Shown: positions 1-9,123 of the stretch, one piece after another | Layout of the letters: the number at the start of each line of letters is the position of its first letter | How positions within the stretch are numbered: position 1 is the first letter of the stretch | Assembly: GCF_000008645.1 (NCBI RefSeq) | Contig: NC_000916.1 | Location: 690,001 to 722,000, forward strand | DNA from: Methanothermobacter thermautotrophicus str. Delta H | GTDB taxonomy: Archaea; Methanobacteriota; Methanobacteria; Methanobacteriales; Methanothermobacteraceae | Reading direction: 5' to 3' | Length of the DNA: 32,000 nt | The notes under the pieces: generated by a model | Told to the model about the DNA's origin: nothing | The model's input: the letters and a program-made list of their open reading frames with translations, nothing else | Databases searched by the model: none | Translations under genes and position numbers: made by a program

Positions 1-200
1 CTATCAGAGATGTAGCCCGAGAGAAACCTCACAAGGTATCCAGATAGCTCCCCGAAACCGGCTGCAAATCCAACCATGAATGCGCTTGCACCCAGAAAAG
101 CCAGAAATGGACCCGTTATCCCCCTACCACCCTCATAGGTCATATCAGCGAAGAGGCTCACGATTCCGAGGATTACAATGAATACCGTTGATTTCCTCAT
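1..200 (-). CDS. MFS-type transporter, N-terminal part only (gene runs off the left edge)
   Basis: Translating the complement from ATG at 200 gives MRKSTVFIVILGIVSLFADMTYEGGRGITGPFLAFLGASAFMVGFAAGFGELSGYLVRFLSGYISD..., hydrophobic with an MFS-like first helix and loop. A GGGAG-like SD lies just upstream. Absent from the ORF track because no stop lies in the window. Confidence 0.75.
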   Translation of the reverse strand, partial: MRKSTVFIVILGIVSLFADMTYEGGRGITGPFLAFLGASAFMVGFAAGFGELSGYLVRFLSGYISD

Positions 201-246
201 GATGGTACTCCCTTCAACAAGATTTCCTCAGCATGCGAGCAGTGTT

Positions 247-1017
247 TCACCATCCATGAATACTGGCCAGCATGTAAATTGCCCTGTAGGTGTACTCCGG
301 TTCAGATATCCCCATATAGACGGACCTCCTGAAACCACCATCGGGATTCCTTATTTTCATTATAAACCGTGTGACATCACTCACCTTACCCCTCAGGATC
401 TCATTGATGCGGAACCCCGAATGGACGGTTTCAATGTATGGTGGATATGATATGGGTGTGAAGTTCCAGGCACCATCCGAGAAGCAGGAGTCTGTGAACT
501 GAAGGACCTCATCGCCCGGAATCTTCATGCCATGGCCGTTGAGTATCTCAAGGGCAAAGCGGGTGTTGATTATATCTGAACCATAGGCACCGAATCCCCC
601 ATCCTCATTCTGAATTGAGAGGACCCATTCCGGTATTTCATCAAGGTATTCCCCATGCATCCTGAGGACGGAGTCCATGTAGAAGGTTATCTCAAGGCTT
701 GATTTCCTGTATGATGTCCTCAGCATCTCAGTGAATTTCTCAGGTATTTCAAAGTTCCTGCCATAATCCCTGAGGATACTGCACCTGTAGAAGAGTCCCT
801 GGGCAGCGAAGGTCCCTCCCCTGTGGACATCCTCGAGCCAGTCCAGGGTCTCCTCAAGCCGGGGCGGCTCATGGTCAAGGACCTCGAAGGACCTGATGGC
901 ATAGTAGGTGTTCTTTGAATCTGGCAGTCCCTCATAGAGTGTGTAACCGCCGCTGGAATGTCTCCTTTTATTGAGAAAACTTATGACCGAATTTTTCAGT
1001 GCTGGGGGATCAAACAT
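247..1017 (-). CDS. Prenyltransferase/squalene-oxidase-repeat-like protein of unknown function
   Basis: 256 aa ORF with repeated QNEDGGFG, FSDGAWNF, RNPDGGFRR and SSGGYTLYEG motifs, typical of alpha/alpha-barrel prenyltransferase-type repeats. Confidence 0.7.
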   Translation of the reverse strand: MFDPPALKNSVISFLNKRRHSSGGYTLYEGLPDSKNTYYAIRSFEVLDHEPPRLEETLDWLEDVHRGGTFAAQGLFYRCSILRDYGRNFEIPEKFTEMLRTSYRKSSLEITFYMDSVLRMHGEYLDEIPEWVLSIQNEDGGFGAYGSDIINTRFALEILNGHGMKIPGDEVLQFTDSCFSDGAWNFTPISYPPYIETVHSGFRINEILRGKVSDVTRFIMKIRNPDGGFRRSVYMGISEPEYTYRAIYMLASIHGW

Positions 1018-1119
1018 TCATAACCTCCCTCTCAGGGCACACAAATATATATGGATTCCAGTTTAATATAATAAACCTAACATTTATCATTTAAATAAAT
1101 CGTTTCTATGAGGAATACC

Positions 1120-3297
1120 ATGATTCAGTCATGTAATGAATGTAAGGGTAAAGGTTACCGTGTTAAGAGTTACAAGATATGCAGCGCATGCCATGGAACA
1201 GGTTTCAGATCAACAGAGGATATAAAGGATCATTTCAAGGGTGTTTCAAACAGTGCAAGGCAGAGGTTCGACCTCGAGGACTCCCATGAGGTCCCCTGTG
1301 AGGTATGCAGGGGTAAGGGTGAGGTGGAGGTGAGGGAAACCTGCCCCACCTGTGGCGGTAAGGGTGAGGTTAACATCTGCCCATCATGTGGAAGGATGAT
1401 GAAGGGTAGGGATGAGTACTGCCCGGAATGTCAGAAGAAGGAGAAGGTCTACATCCTCCACCCTGCATGCACAATGGACGACCTCGAGGTTGGAAGCATA
1501 TACCGTGGGAAGATAACCAGGGTTGAAAAATATGGGGTCTTTGTGAGCCTCAACAGCCACGTCTGGGGACTCATGAGGGGATTGTTCCCAGACTACAAGG
1601 TGGGGGATGAACTATTCGTCAGGGTATCCCAGGTGAAACCCTACAAGGGCGAGGTGGACATGATCCCGGCCAGTATAAAGGGGCCCTACGAGGTTATCAA
1701 GTTAAAGAAGGACCTGCCAAGGACGAGGATAGCAGACATAGATACAAAGAGCCTTGGTAAAACCGTGCGGATAGTGGGGGAGGTCATTCAGATCCAGCAG
1801 ACATCCGGTCCAACCATATTCACGGTATCCGATGAAACCGGGACCACATGGGCTGCGGCCTTCGATGAGCCAGGTATAAGGGTCTACCCCCACATACAGA
1901 TCGGCCACATAGTTGAGGTTATAGGAGAGGTTAACCAGCACACAGGAAAGATTCAGATCGAATCCGAGTCAATTGAACGCCTCATAGGTAATGAAGCTGC
2001 GGAAGCCAGGCGGCTCATCGATGAGGCCATAGACAGGAGGGCTGAACCAGAAAGAAAGGACCTCTTAATTGAAAGCGAAACCCTGGAAAAATTAAGACCA
2101 AAACTTGTGGAGGCGGCCAAGGCAATAAGGAGGGCCGTCTATGATGGAAGATCCATCCTTGTGAGGCACCATGCAGACGCTGATGGTATCTGTGCCGGTG
2201 TTGCCATTGAAAAGGCTGTTTTACCCCTCCTCCGTGACCTCAACCCCAGCACAGATGCTGAGTGGCACTACTTCAAGAGGGCCCCCAGCAAGGCACCCTT
2301 CTATGAACTCGAGGACGTTGTGAAGGACCTCTCATATGCCCTGGAGGACCTCGAGAGGCACGGGCAGAAACTGCCGCTCCTTGTACTGCTTGATAACGGG
2401 TCGACAGAGGAGGATATACTTGCCCTCATGAAGGCCAAGATATATGACATTGAAATCGTGGTTGTGGACCACCACTACCCTGGCGAGGTCCAGGATGGAC
2501 GTGTTGAGGTTGATGAATATGTTGACACCCACGTGAATCCATACCTGGTCGGTGGCGACTCCCAGATAACTGCGGGGTCGCTGTCAGTGGAGATAGCCAA
2601 GATGATAAACCCTGAAATTGCAGAGAGGATTCTCCATCTCCCTGGTATCGCTGCGGTTGGTGACCATGCGAACTCCCCTGAGGCCGAGGCCTACATTGAA
2701 CTTGCAGCAGAGCGCGGCTATGAAAGGGAGGACCTTGAAAGGATCGCCGCATGTATAGACTTCGAGGCCTTCTACCTCAGGTTCATGAACGGGAGGGGCA
2801 TCATCGACACCATACTTGGGCTTGGAAGTCTTGATAAACACAAGAAACTGGTTGATGCGCTCTACAGGGAATACGAGAGGAAGGTTGACACCCAGCTCAG
2901 GGCAGCCATACCCAACCTCAAATCCACAAGGCTGCCCAACGGGATACTCTTCAATGTCCTGGATGTTGAGAAGTACTCACACCGCTTCACATTCCCTGCC
3001 CCGGGGAAGACCTGTGGATTCGTCCATGATTACATGGTCCAGAAGCATGGTGAGGACACACCCATAATCACCCTGGCCTACGGACCTGACTTCGGTGTTA
3101 TAAGGGCCACTGATGCTGTCAATGAGAAATTTGGATTTAACCTCAACGAGATAGTCTGGGAACTCGCAGAGGAGATCCCAGAGGCAGTGATAGATGGTGG
3201 TGGCCATGAATGTGCCGGTTCACTCAAGTATATTGAGGGACTCTCAAAGAAGGTGCTATCAGCCTTTGCAGAGAAGGTTGCAGCCCTTAAGGGGTGA
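1120..3297 (+). CDS. DHH-family phosphoesterase with N-terminal DnaJ-type zinc fingers, S1 domain and OB-fold (archaeal RecJ-like)
   Basis: CNECKGKGY, CSACHGTGF, CEVCRGKGE and CPTCGGKGE zinc motifs; S1-like GSIYRGKITRVEKYGVFVSL; OB-like VRIVGEVIQI...FTVSDETG; DHH motifs HHADADG and VVDHHYPGE; DHHA1-like GGGHECAGS. ATG at 1120 has GAGG upstream; the track starts at 1108. Confidence 0.85.
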   Translation: MIQSCNECKGKGYRVKSYKICSACHGTGFRSTEDIKDHFKGVSNSARQRFDLEDSHEVPCEVCRGKGEVEVRETCPTCGGKGEVNICPSCGRMMKGRDEYCPECQKKEKVYILHPACTMDDLEVGSIYRGKITRVEKYGVFVSLNSHVWGLMRGLFPDYKVGDELFVRVSQVKPYKGEVDMIPASIKGPYEVIKLKKDLPRTRIADIDTKSLGKTVRIVGEVIQIQQTSGPTIFTVSDETGTTWAAAFDEPGIRVYPHIQIGHIVEVIGEVNQHTGKIQIESESIERLIGNEAAEARRLIDEAIDRRAEPERKDLLIESETLEKLRPKLVEAAKAIRRAVYDGRSILVRHHADADGICAGVAIEKAVLPLLRDLNPSTDAEWHYFKRAPSKAPFYELEDVVKDLSYALEDLERHGQKLPLLVLLDNGSTEEDILALMKAKIYDIEIVVVDHHYPGEVQDGRVEVDEYVDTHVNPYLVGGDSQITAGSLSVEIAKMINPEIAERILHLPGIAAVGDHANSPEAEAYIELAAERGYEREDLERIAACIDFEAFYLRFMNGRGIIDTILGLGSLDKHKKLVDALYREYERKVDTQLRAAIPNLKSTRLPNGILFNVLDVEKYSHRFTFPAPGKTCGFVHDYMVQKHGEDTPIITLAYGPDFGVIRATDAVNEKFGFNLNEIVWELAEEIPEAVIDGGGHECAGSLKYIEGLSKKVLSAFAEKVAALKG

Positions 3298-3370
3298 TCC
3301 CTCTGACCACTAAATAAGATTGAAACAGGGCATGGAGCCATGAGTGGCGTTAAATTTTCTGGAGCATGGC

Positions 3371-4072
3371 CTAAACTTTCTTTTTGCCCTCTTCCTTAAT
3401 CCTGAAGTAATAGTCGCAGTGATCTGCTATGGGGCACTCCTCATGGCGTGGACCCAGAGGCCTGCATATGTCCTGGCCGAACTGTACCATGAGGTCATTG
3501 AGCTCTATCCAGTATTCCCTGGGAATCACCTTCATCAGTGCCCTCTCGGTCTCCTCGGGGGTCCTGGTATCCACAAGTCCTATCCTGTTGGATATCCTAT
3601 GGACATGGGTATCCACCGGTATGGCTGGCCTGCCAAAGGCATAGACCAGGACACAGTTGGCTGTCTTTCTGCCCACCCCGGGGAGTTTCAGGAGCTCGTT
3701 GATGTCATCCGGCACCTTACCATCATATTCCTCGAGGATTATCCTGGAAACCTCCCTCACCCTCCTGGCCTTCACATGATAGAAGCCTGCCTTCCTGATG
3801 AGGGCTTCGATTTCCTCGAGGGGTGCATAGGCCACATCCTCAATGGAGGGGTACCTCTCAAAGAGACTGGCTGTGGCCTCATCGGTGTTCTCATCCCTTG
3901 TCCTCTGTGACAGGATGGTCCTTATAAGTACGCGGTAGGGGTCACGGTCCTCAAAGACCCTCATGGAGTATACACTCCTCAGACCCCCAATTATGGCATC
4001 AATATCCTTGATGAGATCACCAGAAAAAAGTTTATCCTGAGAAAAAAAGATGAAATCAGTTGAGCTTTTCAA
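3371..4072 (-). CDS. nth: Endonuclease III-like DNA glycosylase/AP lyase (start uncertain; track ORF extends to 4117)
   Basis: HhH motif [13 protein letters not shown], catalytic [11 protein letters not shown], and FeS-loop-like [17 protein letters not shown]. The 4117 start would overlap the upstream gene; TTG at 4072 is one option. Confidence 0.8.
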
Positions 4073-4514
4073 GTAGAACTTCAAGGCCCTCCATGAGCCC
4101 ACTGCCCTCCGTTGCAACTGTAGGGAATACCTCCACTTCGGAGTCTATTTCCAGTTCAGAATCATCGAGGTCCTGTTTATTTGAGAATACAACGTAGGGT
4201 ATGTTTTTCTCATCAAGTTCAGCCATTATTTCCTTCTCCGCCAGGGTGACGCCCCTTGAGTTATCAACAACTATTATTGCAGCGTCAAGGCCGTTTGATA
4301 TTATCTCAAGCATGAACTTGAATCTCTCATGGCCGGGTGTTGCAAAGAGGTGTATCTTCTCACCATTAACAATGCAGTTACCATAATCAAGTGCAAGTGT
4401 TGTGCCCTTGTATTCAACCTTGGTTATCTTATCACAGAGCTGTTCAAGGGTTGTTGTTTTACCGGTATCATAATCTCCAAAGATTACAACCTTTGTCTCC
4501 TTGGCTTTCTTCAT
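4056..4514 (-). CDS. Small GTP-binding protein (Srp102/MglA-like archaeal GTPase family)
   Basis: P-loop [10 protein letters not shown]3-like [12 protein letters not shown]4 NKQD, 152 aa. Confidence 0.75.
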
Positions 4515-4580
4515 ATAATCAACTCACAGTCATTCAGTTAGTCTAACATTTGAATATGGGTTAACCCTATTTTATATATT

Positions 4581-5840
4581 TTAGGATAAATTCATTCTGC
4601 AACCAATCTGCATCATCCTCTCTGGGAAATCAGGGAATGATACGCTGAAAACCTCTGCATCCCTTATAGTTATACCCTCCCTGAGGCCTATGAGTGTGAA
4701 GGCCATTGCAAGTCTGTGGTCACCATGGGACCAGACAGTCCCCCCGGAGGCACCTCCCTCTATGATCATCCCATCGGGAAGTTCGGTGACATCCACTCCA
4801 AGTCTTCTGAGTTCAGCAGCGCATGTGCTTATCCTGTCTGTTTCCTTGTACCTTGCATGTTCAACACCGCCTATCTCGGTCCGGCCAGTTGCAAGGGCCC
4901 CGAGGACAGCCACCGTTGGCAGGAGGTCGGGGGCGTCGTGGAGGTTGACGGAGACCCCAGAGAGCTCACCGGTGGAGGCTATCCTGACGTGGTCCTCCCC
5001 CCTCCTTACCTCGGCCCCCATATCACTGATTATGTCCAGTATGATGCGGTCTCCCTGCCTCGAATCCCTGAAGAGGTTTTCGATGAGGACATCCCCACCT
5101 GCAGCAGCCACCGCCCCTGCAAGGTAGGATGCTGATGAGTAGTCACCCTCAACCGTGTAGTCCAGTCCCCTGTAAACTGCTGGTTCAACCCGGAAGGTGC
5201 CTTCGGAGTAATCAACGGGGACAGAGAACCTCTCCATCACATCAACTGTCATGTCAACGTAGGGCCTTGAGATGAAGTCGCCCTCCACCATCACTTCAAC
5301 ACCCTCGGTGAGGGGTGCTGCGATGAGGATGGATGATATGAACTGTGAACTGACATCCCCCCTGATGGATGTACTGCCACCCCTTAAACCACCCCTTACG
5401 ATAATCGGTGGAAGTCCATTCATCCGTGATGACAGTGCCTCGACACCGAGGGGTCTCAGGGCATCAAGGAGTGGCTGCATTGGCCTTGTTCTGAGGGATT
5501 CGTCCCCTGTGAGTACCGTGTAGTTTTCTGCAAGGCCAGCCACAGAGGTCATGAGGCGGAGGGTTGTGCCAGAGTTCCCCAGATAGATAACGTCATCAGG
5601 GGTTTCAAGTTCCCCTCCGCTTCCATGCACGGTCCAGGCATCCCCCTCATCAACCCTTATGCCGAAGGCCCTGCAGGCGTTCAGGGACGAAAGGGTGTCC
5701 TCGGCTATGAGTGGGTCCCTGATCTCTGATACCCCCTCTGCCAGTGCTGCGATTATGACTGCCCGGTGGGTGTAGCTCTTCGATGGGGGTGCCTTAACGG
5801 TTCCTTCAAGGTTACCTGATTTTTCAACTGTGAGATCCAT
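4581..5840 (-). CDS. aroA: 3-phosphoshikimate 1-carboxyvinyltransferase (EPSP synthase)
   Basis: PPSKSYTHRAVI, LGNSGTTLRLM, DGMIIEGG and HGDHRLAMAF signatures; full length 419 aa. Confidence 0.96.
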   Translation of the reverse strand: MDLTVEKSGNLEGTVKAPPSKSYTHRAVIIAALAEGVSEIRDPLIAEDTLSSLNACRAFGIRVDEGDAWTVHGSGGELETPDDVIYLGNSGTTLRLMTSVAGLAENYTVLTGDESLRTRPMQPLLDALRPLGVEALSSRMNGLPPIIVRGGLRGGSTSIRGDVSSQFISSILIAAPLTEGVEVMVEGDFISRPYVDMTVDVMERFSVPVDYSEGTFRVEPAVYRGLDYTVEGDYSSASYLAGAVAAAGGDVLIENLFRDSRQGDRIILDIISDMGAEVRRGEDHVRIASTGELSGVSVNLHDAPDLLPTVAVLGALATGRTEIGGVEHARYKETDRISTCAAELRRLGVDVTELPDGMIIEGGASGGTVWSHGDHRLAMAFTLIGLREGITIRDAEVFSVSFPDFPERMMQIGCRMNLS

Positions 5841-5869
5841 AAAAACACCTGCAGATACCTCCAGATGGA

Positions 5870-8503
5870 TCAGCGCACTATTTCAATTATGACCTCTGGT
5901 TCGTCCAGGTTTAGAACATCTACCCTCTCGCCTGCTGTTCCGATGACCTCCTTCCTGAAGCTGATATGATCCATGGTGAGTCTGTTACCCTCGACCTCGA
6001 TTTCACCGTTCCTCTGGATCTCCTCGTAGACCTCATGGGGATCAGCACCTGTGAGCCAGGATATTATAGCTGGGGCATCTGATCTGAACTCAGGACCTAT
6101 TTTTTCCATCCTTGGCTCAAGTTCCACGGCCCTCTCGGTTATCTCGGGTTTGCCAGCCACGAGGCTGATATCACCTATGTTCATTGTACCTGCGATATCG
6201 TCCAGGAAGGGTTTTATCATTTCTGCGGATTCATTATCGGTGTAGATGGTGGCTGCTTTGAGTGGTGCGTTCAGGGGCATCTTGGAGGAGGACTTGAACC
6301 TCCTGATCTCTCCTATAATTTCAACTGCAAGGTCTCCGCTCCTCTCGATTTCAGGGTCAACGATTTCAGGTATGTGCTCTGGCCAGCCCCTCAGGTGTAT
6401 GGATCCCTCTCCCACGTGCTGGTGCACCTCCTCTGTGAAGTGGGGTGCCACCGGGGCCAGGAGCCTCAGACATGTGTCAAGTACCATTCTGAGGGTGTTC
6501 TGGGCCGCCATCCTTGATTCGGGATCCTCATCTGAGTAGAGCCTGTATTTCACTGCCTCAATGTATTCGTCGCAAAAGTCATGCCAGATGAAGGTCTGGA
6601 CACGGTTAACCGCTGCTGCGAAGTTGTAATCATCCAGGCTCTCTGTTACCTCAGCCACCAGGTTCATGAGCCTGGAGAGTATCCAGCGGTCCATGGGTCT
6701 GGCTTCAACCTCCGGGTTCTCTGTGAGGTGTATGCTTATGAATCTGAAGGCGTTCCAGAATTTTCTCAGGAACTTATACCCATACTTCACGTCCTTCCAT
6801 GCGAAGGGGACATCTGATCCCGGCACGCTCCCTGCCGCCCATAACCTCAGGGCATCGGCACCGTAATCCTCCAGGACCTCCTCTGGTGCTATTACGTTTC
6901 CACGGGACTTGCTCATCTTGTGGCCGTCCTCTCCGAATACCATACCATTTATAACTATTTCACTGAATGGTTTCTCGCCTGTGAGGGCCATGCATCTGAG
7001 TATCGTGTAGAAGGCCCAGGTACGGATTATGTCATGGCCCTGCGGTCTCAGGTCGGCTGGGAAGAGTTCCCTGTAGGACTCATCGGGCCATCCTGCAACT
7101 GAGAGGGGTGATATCGAGCTGTCCATCCATGTGTCAAGGACGTCCTCCTCTCCTATGAATTCTGTACTCCCGCATTCACATGTTATCCCGGGTCCATCCC
7201 TTGTGGGGTCTACTGGCAGCATCTCCTCATCGGCCACGTGGACCCTGCCACATTCACTGCAGTACCAGACGGGTATGGGTGTTGCGAATATCCTCTGACG
7301 TGATATGCACCAGTCCCAGTCCATTGAACCTGTCCAGTTGAGGAGCCTTGTCTTCATATGCCCTGGTACCCATTTCATCTCCTCTGCAGCTTCCCTAACC
7401 TGGGGTATGAGTTTCTTGACAGCCACGAACCACTGCTTCTTGACAAGGATCTCGATGGGTGTCTTGCACCTCCAGCATGTCCCAACGTTCTGTCTGACAG
7501 GCTCCTTCTTTAAGAGGAAGCCTTCATTCTCAAGGTCCTCCACTATCTTCTCCTTGCACTCTGCTATGGTAAGCCCCTGGTATTTACCTGCGGCCTCTGT
7601 CATGTAACCCCTTTCGTCTATTGCATCTATCACGTCAAGTCCATGGCGGTTGACCCAGCTCACGTCGGTTTTATCACCGAATGTGCACACCATAACTGCC
7701 CCTGTACCGAATTCAGGGTCCACTTCAGGGTCCTTTATGAGTTTAACCTTCTGTCCAAAGAGGGGCACCTCTATGAGTTTGTCCTCAAATTCCCTGAACC
7801 GCTCATCATCGGGGTGCACAACAACGGCCACACAGGCAGCCATGAGTTCTGGCCTTGTTGTTGCTATTGTGATGTGCTCATCTGCACCCTCAACAGGGAA
7901 CCTGACGTAGTTGAGGTTTGTCTCATTCTCAATGTATTCAACCTCTGCGAAGGCTATTGCAGTCTCACACCTCGGGCACCAGTTCACCGGGTGCACACCC
8001 TGGTATATGAGTCCATCCCTGTACATGCGGAGGAATGATAGCTGCGTCCTCCTCATGTACTCGGGGGTCATGGTTACAAATTCATGGTTCCAGTCCTGGC
8101 TGAAGCCAAGGCGCTGCATCTGCTCCTTCATCATCCTTATATTTTCCTGTGTGAGCTCCACGCAGAGGCGCCTGAATTCTTCACGTGAAACATCGCTCTT
8201 CTTGATGTTATGGGTCTCCTCGACCTTAACCTCCGTTGGGAGGCCGTGGCAGTCCCATCCCTGTGGGAAGAGAACATCGAAACCTCTCATCCTCTTGAAA
8301 CGGGCTATTATGTCCATGTAGACCCAGTTGAGCACGTGGCCCATGTGTATTGAACCTGTGGGGTAGGGTGGTGGTGTGTCTATAATGTACCTTGGCTTTG
8401 TCCCTGACCCTATGAAGCGGTATATGTCCTCTTCCTGCCATTTTTTCTGCCATTTAACCTCGTTTTTATGGTTGTAATCCTTCGGGATCTGATTATCGGT
8501 CAT
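5870..8503 (-). CDS. valS: Valyl-tRNA synthetase
   Basis: [17 protein letters not shown] (HIGH-type), [10 protein letters not shown] (KMSKS), and a ValRS-like CP1 editing domain. Start taken at [22 protein letters not shown]; the track ORF begins at 8563. Confidence 0.94.
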   Translation of the reverse strand: MTDNQIPKDYNHKNEVKWQKKWQEEDIYRFIGSGTKPRYIIDTPPPYPTGSIHMGHVLNWVYMDIIARFKRMRGFDVLFPQGWDCHGLPTEVKVEETHNIKKSDVSREEFRRLCVELTQENIRMMKEQMQRLGFSQDWNHEFVTMTPEYMRRTQLSFLRMYRDGLIYQGVHPVNWCPRCETAIAFAEVEYIENETNLNYVRFPVEGADEHITIATTRPELMAACVAVVVHPDDERFREFEDKLIEVPLFGQKVKLIKDPEVDPEFGTGAVMVCTFGDKTDVSWVNRHGLDVIDAIDERGYMTEAAGKYQGLTIAECKEKIVEDLENEGFLLKKEPVRQNVGTCWRCKTPIEILVKKQWFVAVKKLIPQVREAAEEMKWVPGHMKTRLLNWTGSMDWDWCISRQRIFATPIPVWYCSECGRVHVADEEMLPVDPTRDGPGITCECGSTEFIGEEDVLDTWMDSSISPLSVAGWPDESYRELFPADLRPQGHDIIRTWAFYTILRCMALTGEKPFSEIVINGMVFGEDGHKMSKSRGNVIAPEEVLEDYGADALRLWAAGSVPGSDVPFAWKDVKYGYKFLRKFWNAFRFISIHLTENPEVEARPMDRWILSRLMNLVAEVTESLDDYNFAAAVNRVQTFIWHDFCDEYIEAVKYRLYSDEDPESRMAAQNTLRMVLDTCLRLLAPVAPHFTEEVHQHVGEGSIHLRGWPEHIPEIVDPEIERSGDLAVEIIGEIRRFKSSSKMPLNAPLKAATIYTDNESAEMIKPFLDDIAGTMNIGDISLVAGKPEITERAVELEPRMEKIGPEFRSDAPAIISWLTGADPHEVYEEIQRNGEIEVEGNRLTMDHISFRKEVIGTAGERVDVLNLDEPEVIIEIVR

Positions 8504-8646
8504 CTTATTCTCTCCCTGATAGAAGCTGTGATTAGTGCTGCGGTAGTTATAGATAATATTCACTACCCAATCTTTATAAAGATGTTTGAATACTCTAACC
8601 TTGTAGGAGAAATAAGGGGAAGCAAGTTCTCATATGGTGAATACCG

Positions 8647-9007
8647 ATGGAGTTAATCTGGTTCTACATAGCACTTTTCCTTGCAATAAGTGATGAGATA
8701 CATACAAAGATACTCTGGAATGTGTTCTTTGACTTTTACATACTCCTGGCCGGGATTCTCAAGGAGACATTCTCATCGAATATACAGCTCTGGCTGGTCC
8801 ACGAGTGTCTGGAGGCCCTTTTCCACTTCGTGATCCTGTCGGTCGTGTTTTTATCCCTCGAAATCGGGGTTCCTTGCAGCCACAATACACCTGGTTGTTG
8901 ATCTGTACCACCAGCTGAGCGGGGTTGATCATGGATGGCTGTACCACAGGGCGCTTCACTTCACGGTTGAATCCCTCTTCTTTATAATGATCTTCTCAGC
9001 AGCCTGA
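8647..9007 (+). pseudogene. Small multi-pass membrane protein interrupted by a one-base frameshift in GGGG (8866-8869)
   Basis: Frame 1 reads [74 protein letters not shown]. Removing one G gives [45 protein letters not shown]-stop at 9005-9007. A GGTGA SD-like motif precedes the ATG. Confidence 0.6.
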
Positions 9008-9123
9008 ATCTATCATGAACTGAAAAAGACACCATCTACGAGCTGATACGTGATATAGGTGTTACAGGCATGAAAAATAAAAGTAAAGGAAGGTCCATCT
9101 GAAGTCCCTTGATACCCTTTTAA

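Noticed and set aside
178-450. 90 aa plus-strand ORF
   Set aside because: It runs antisense to the MFS start and the C-terminal end of the prenyltransferase-like gene; its residues look non-proteinlike and both minus-strand frames have better motifs.
1702-3207. Minus-strand ORFs (1702..1941, 2332..2532, 2584..2841, 2977..3207) inside the DHH gene
   Set aside because: Shadow ORFs opposite a strongly supported 729 aa coding region; no motifs.
3344-3910. 188 aa plus-strand ORF opposite nth
   Set aside because: Overlaps the well-supported glycosylase reading frame on the other strand; composition looks like reverse-frame translation.
4690-5135. Two long plus-strand ORFs opposite aroA
   Set aside because: Ser/Pro/Thr-rich antisense translation typical of high-GC-skewed shadow frames; aroA is unambiguous.
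7643-8321. Plus-strand ORFs opposite valS (131, 86 and 136 aa)
   Set aside because: Antisense to ValRS catalytic and editing regions, no recognisable motifs.
8468-8656. 62 aa [24 protein letters not shown]...GEYRWS ahead of the frameshifted membrane gene
   Set aside because: Its 5' part is antisense to the valS start and it spans a TATA-like CTTTATAAAG near 8574; most likely a promoter/leader region, though the tail peptide [24 protein letters not shown] is mildly protein-like.
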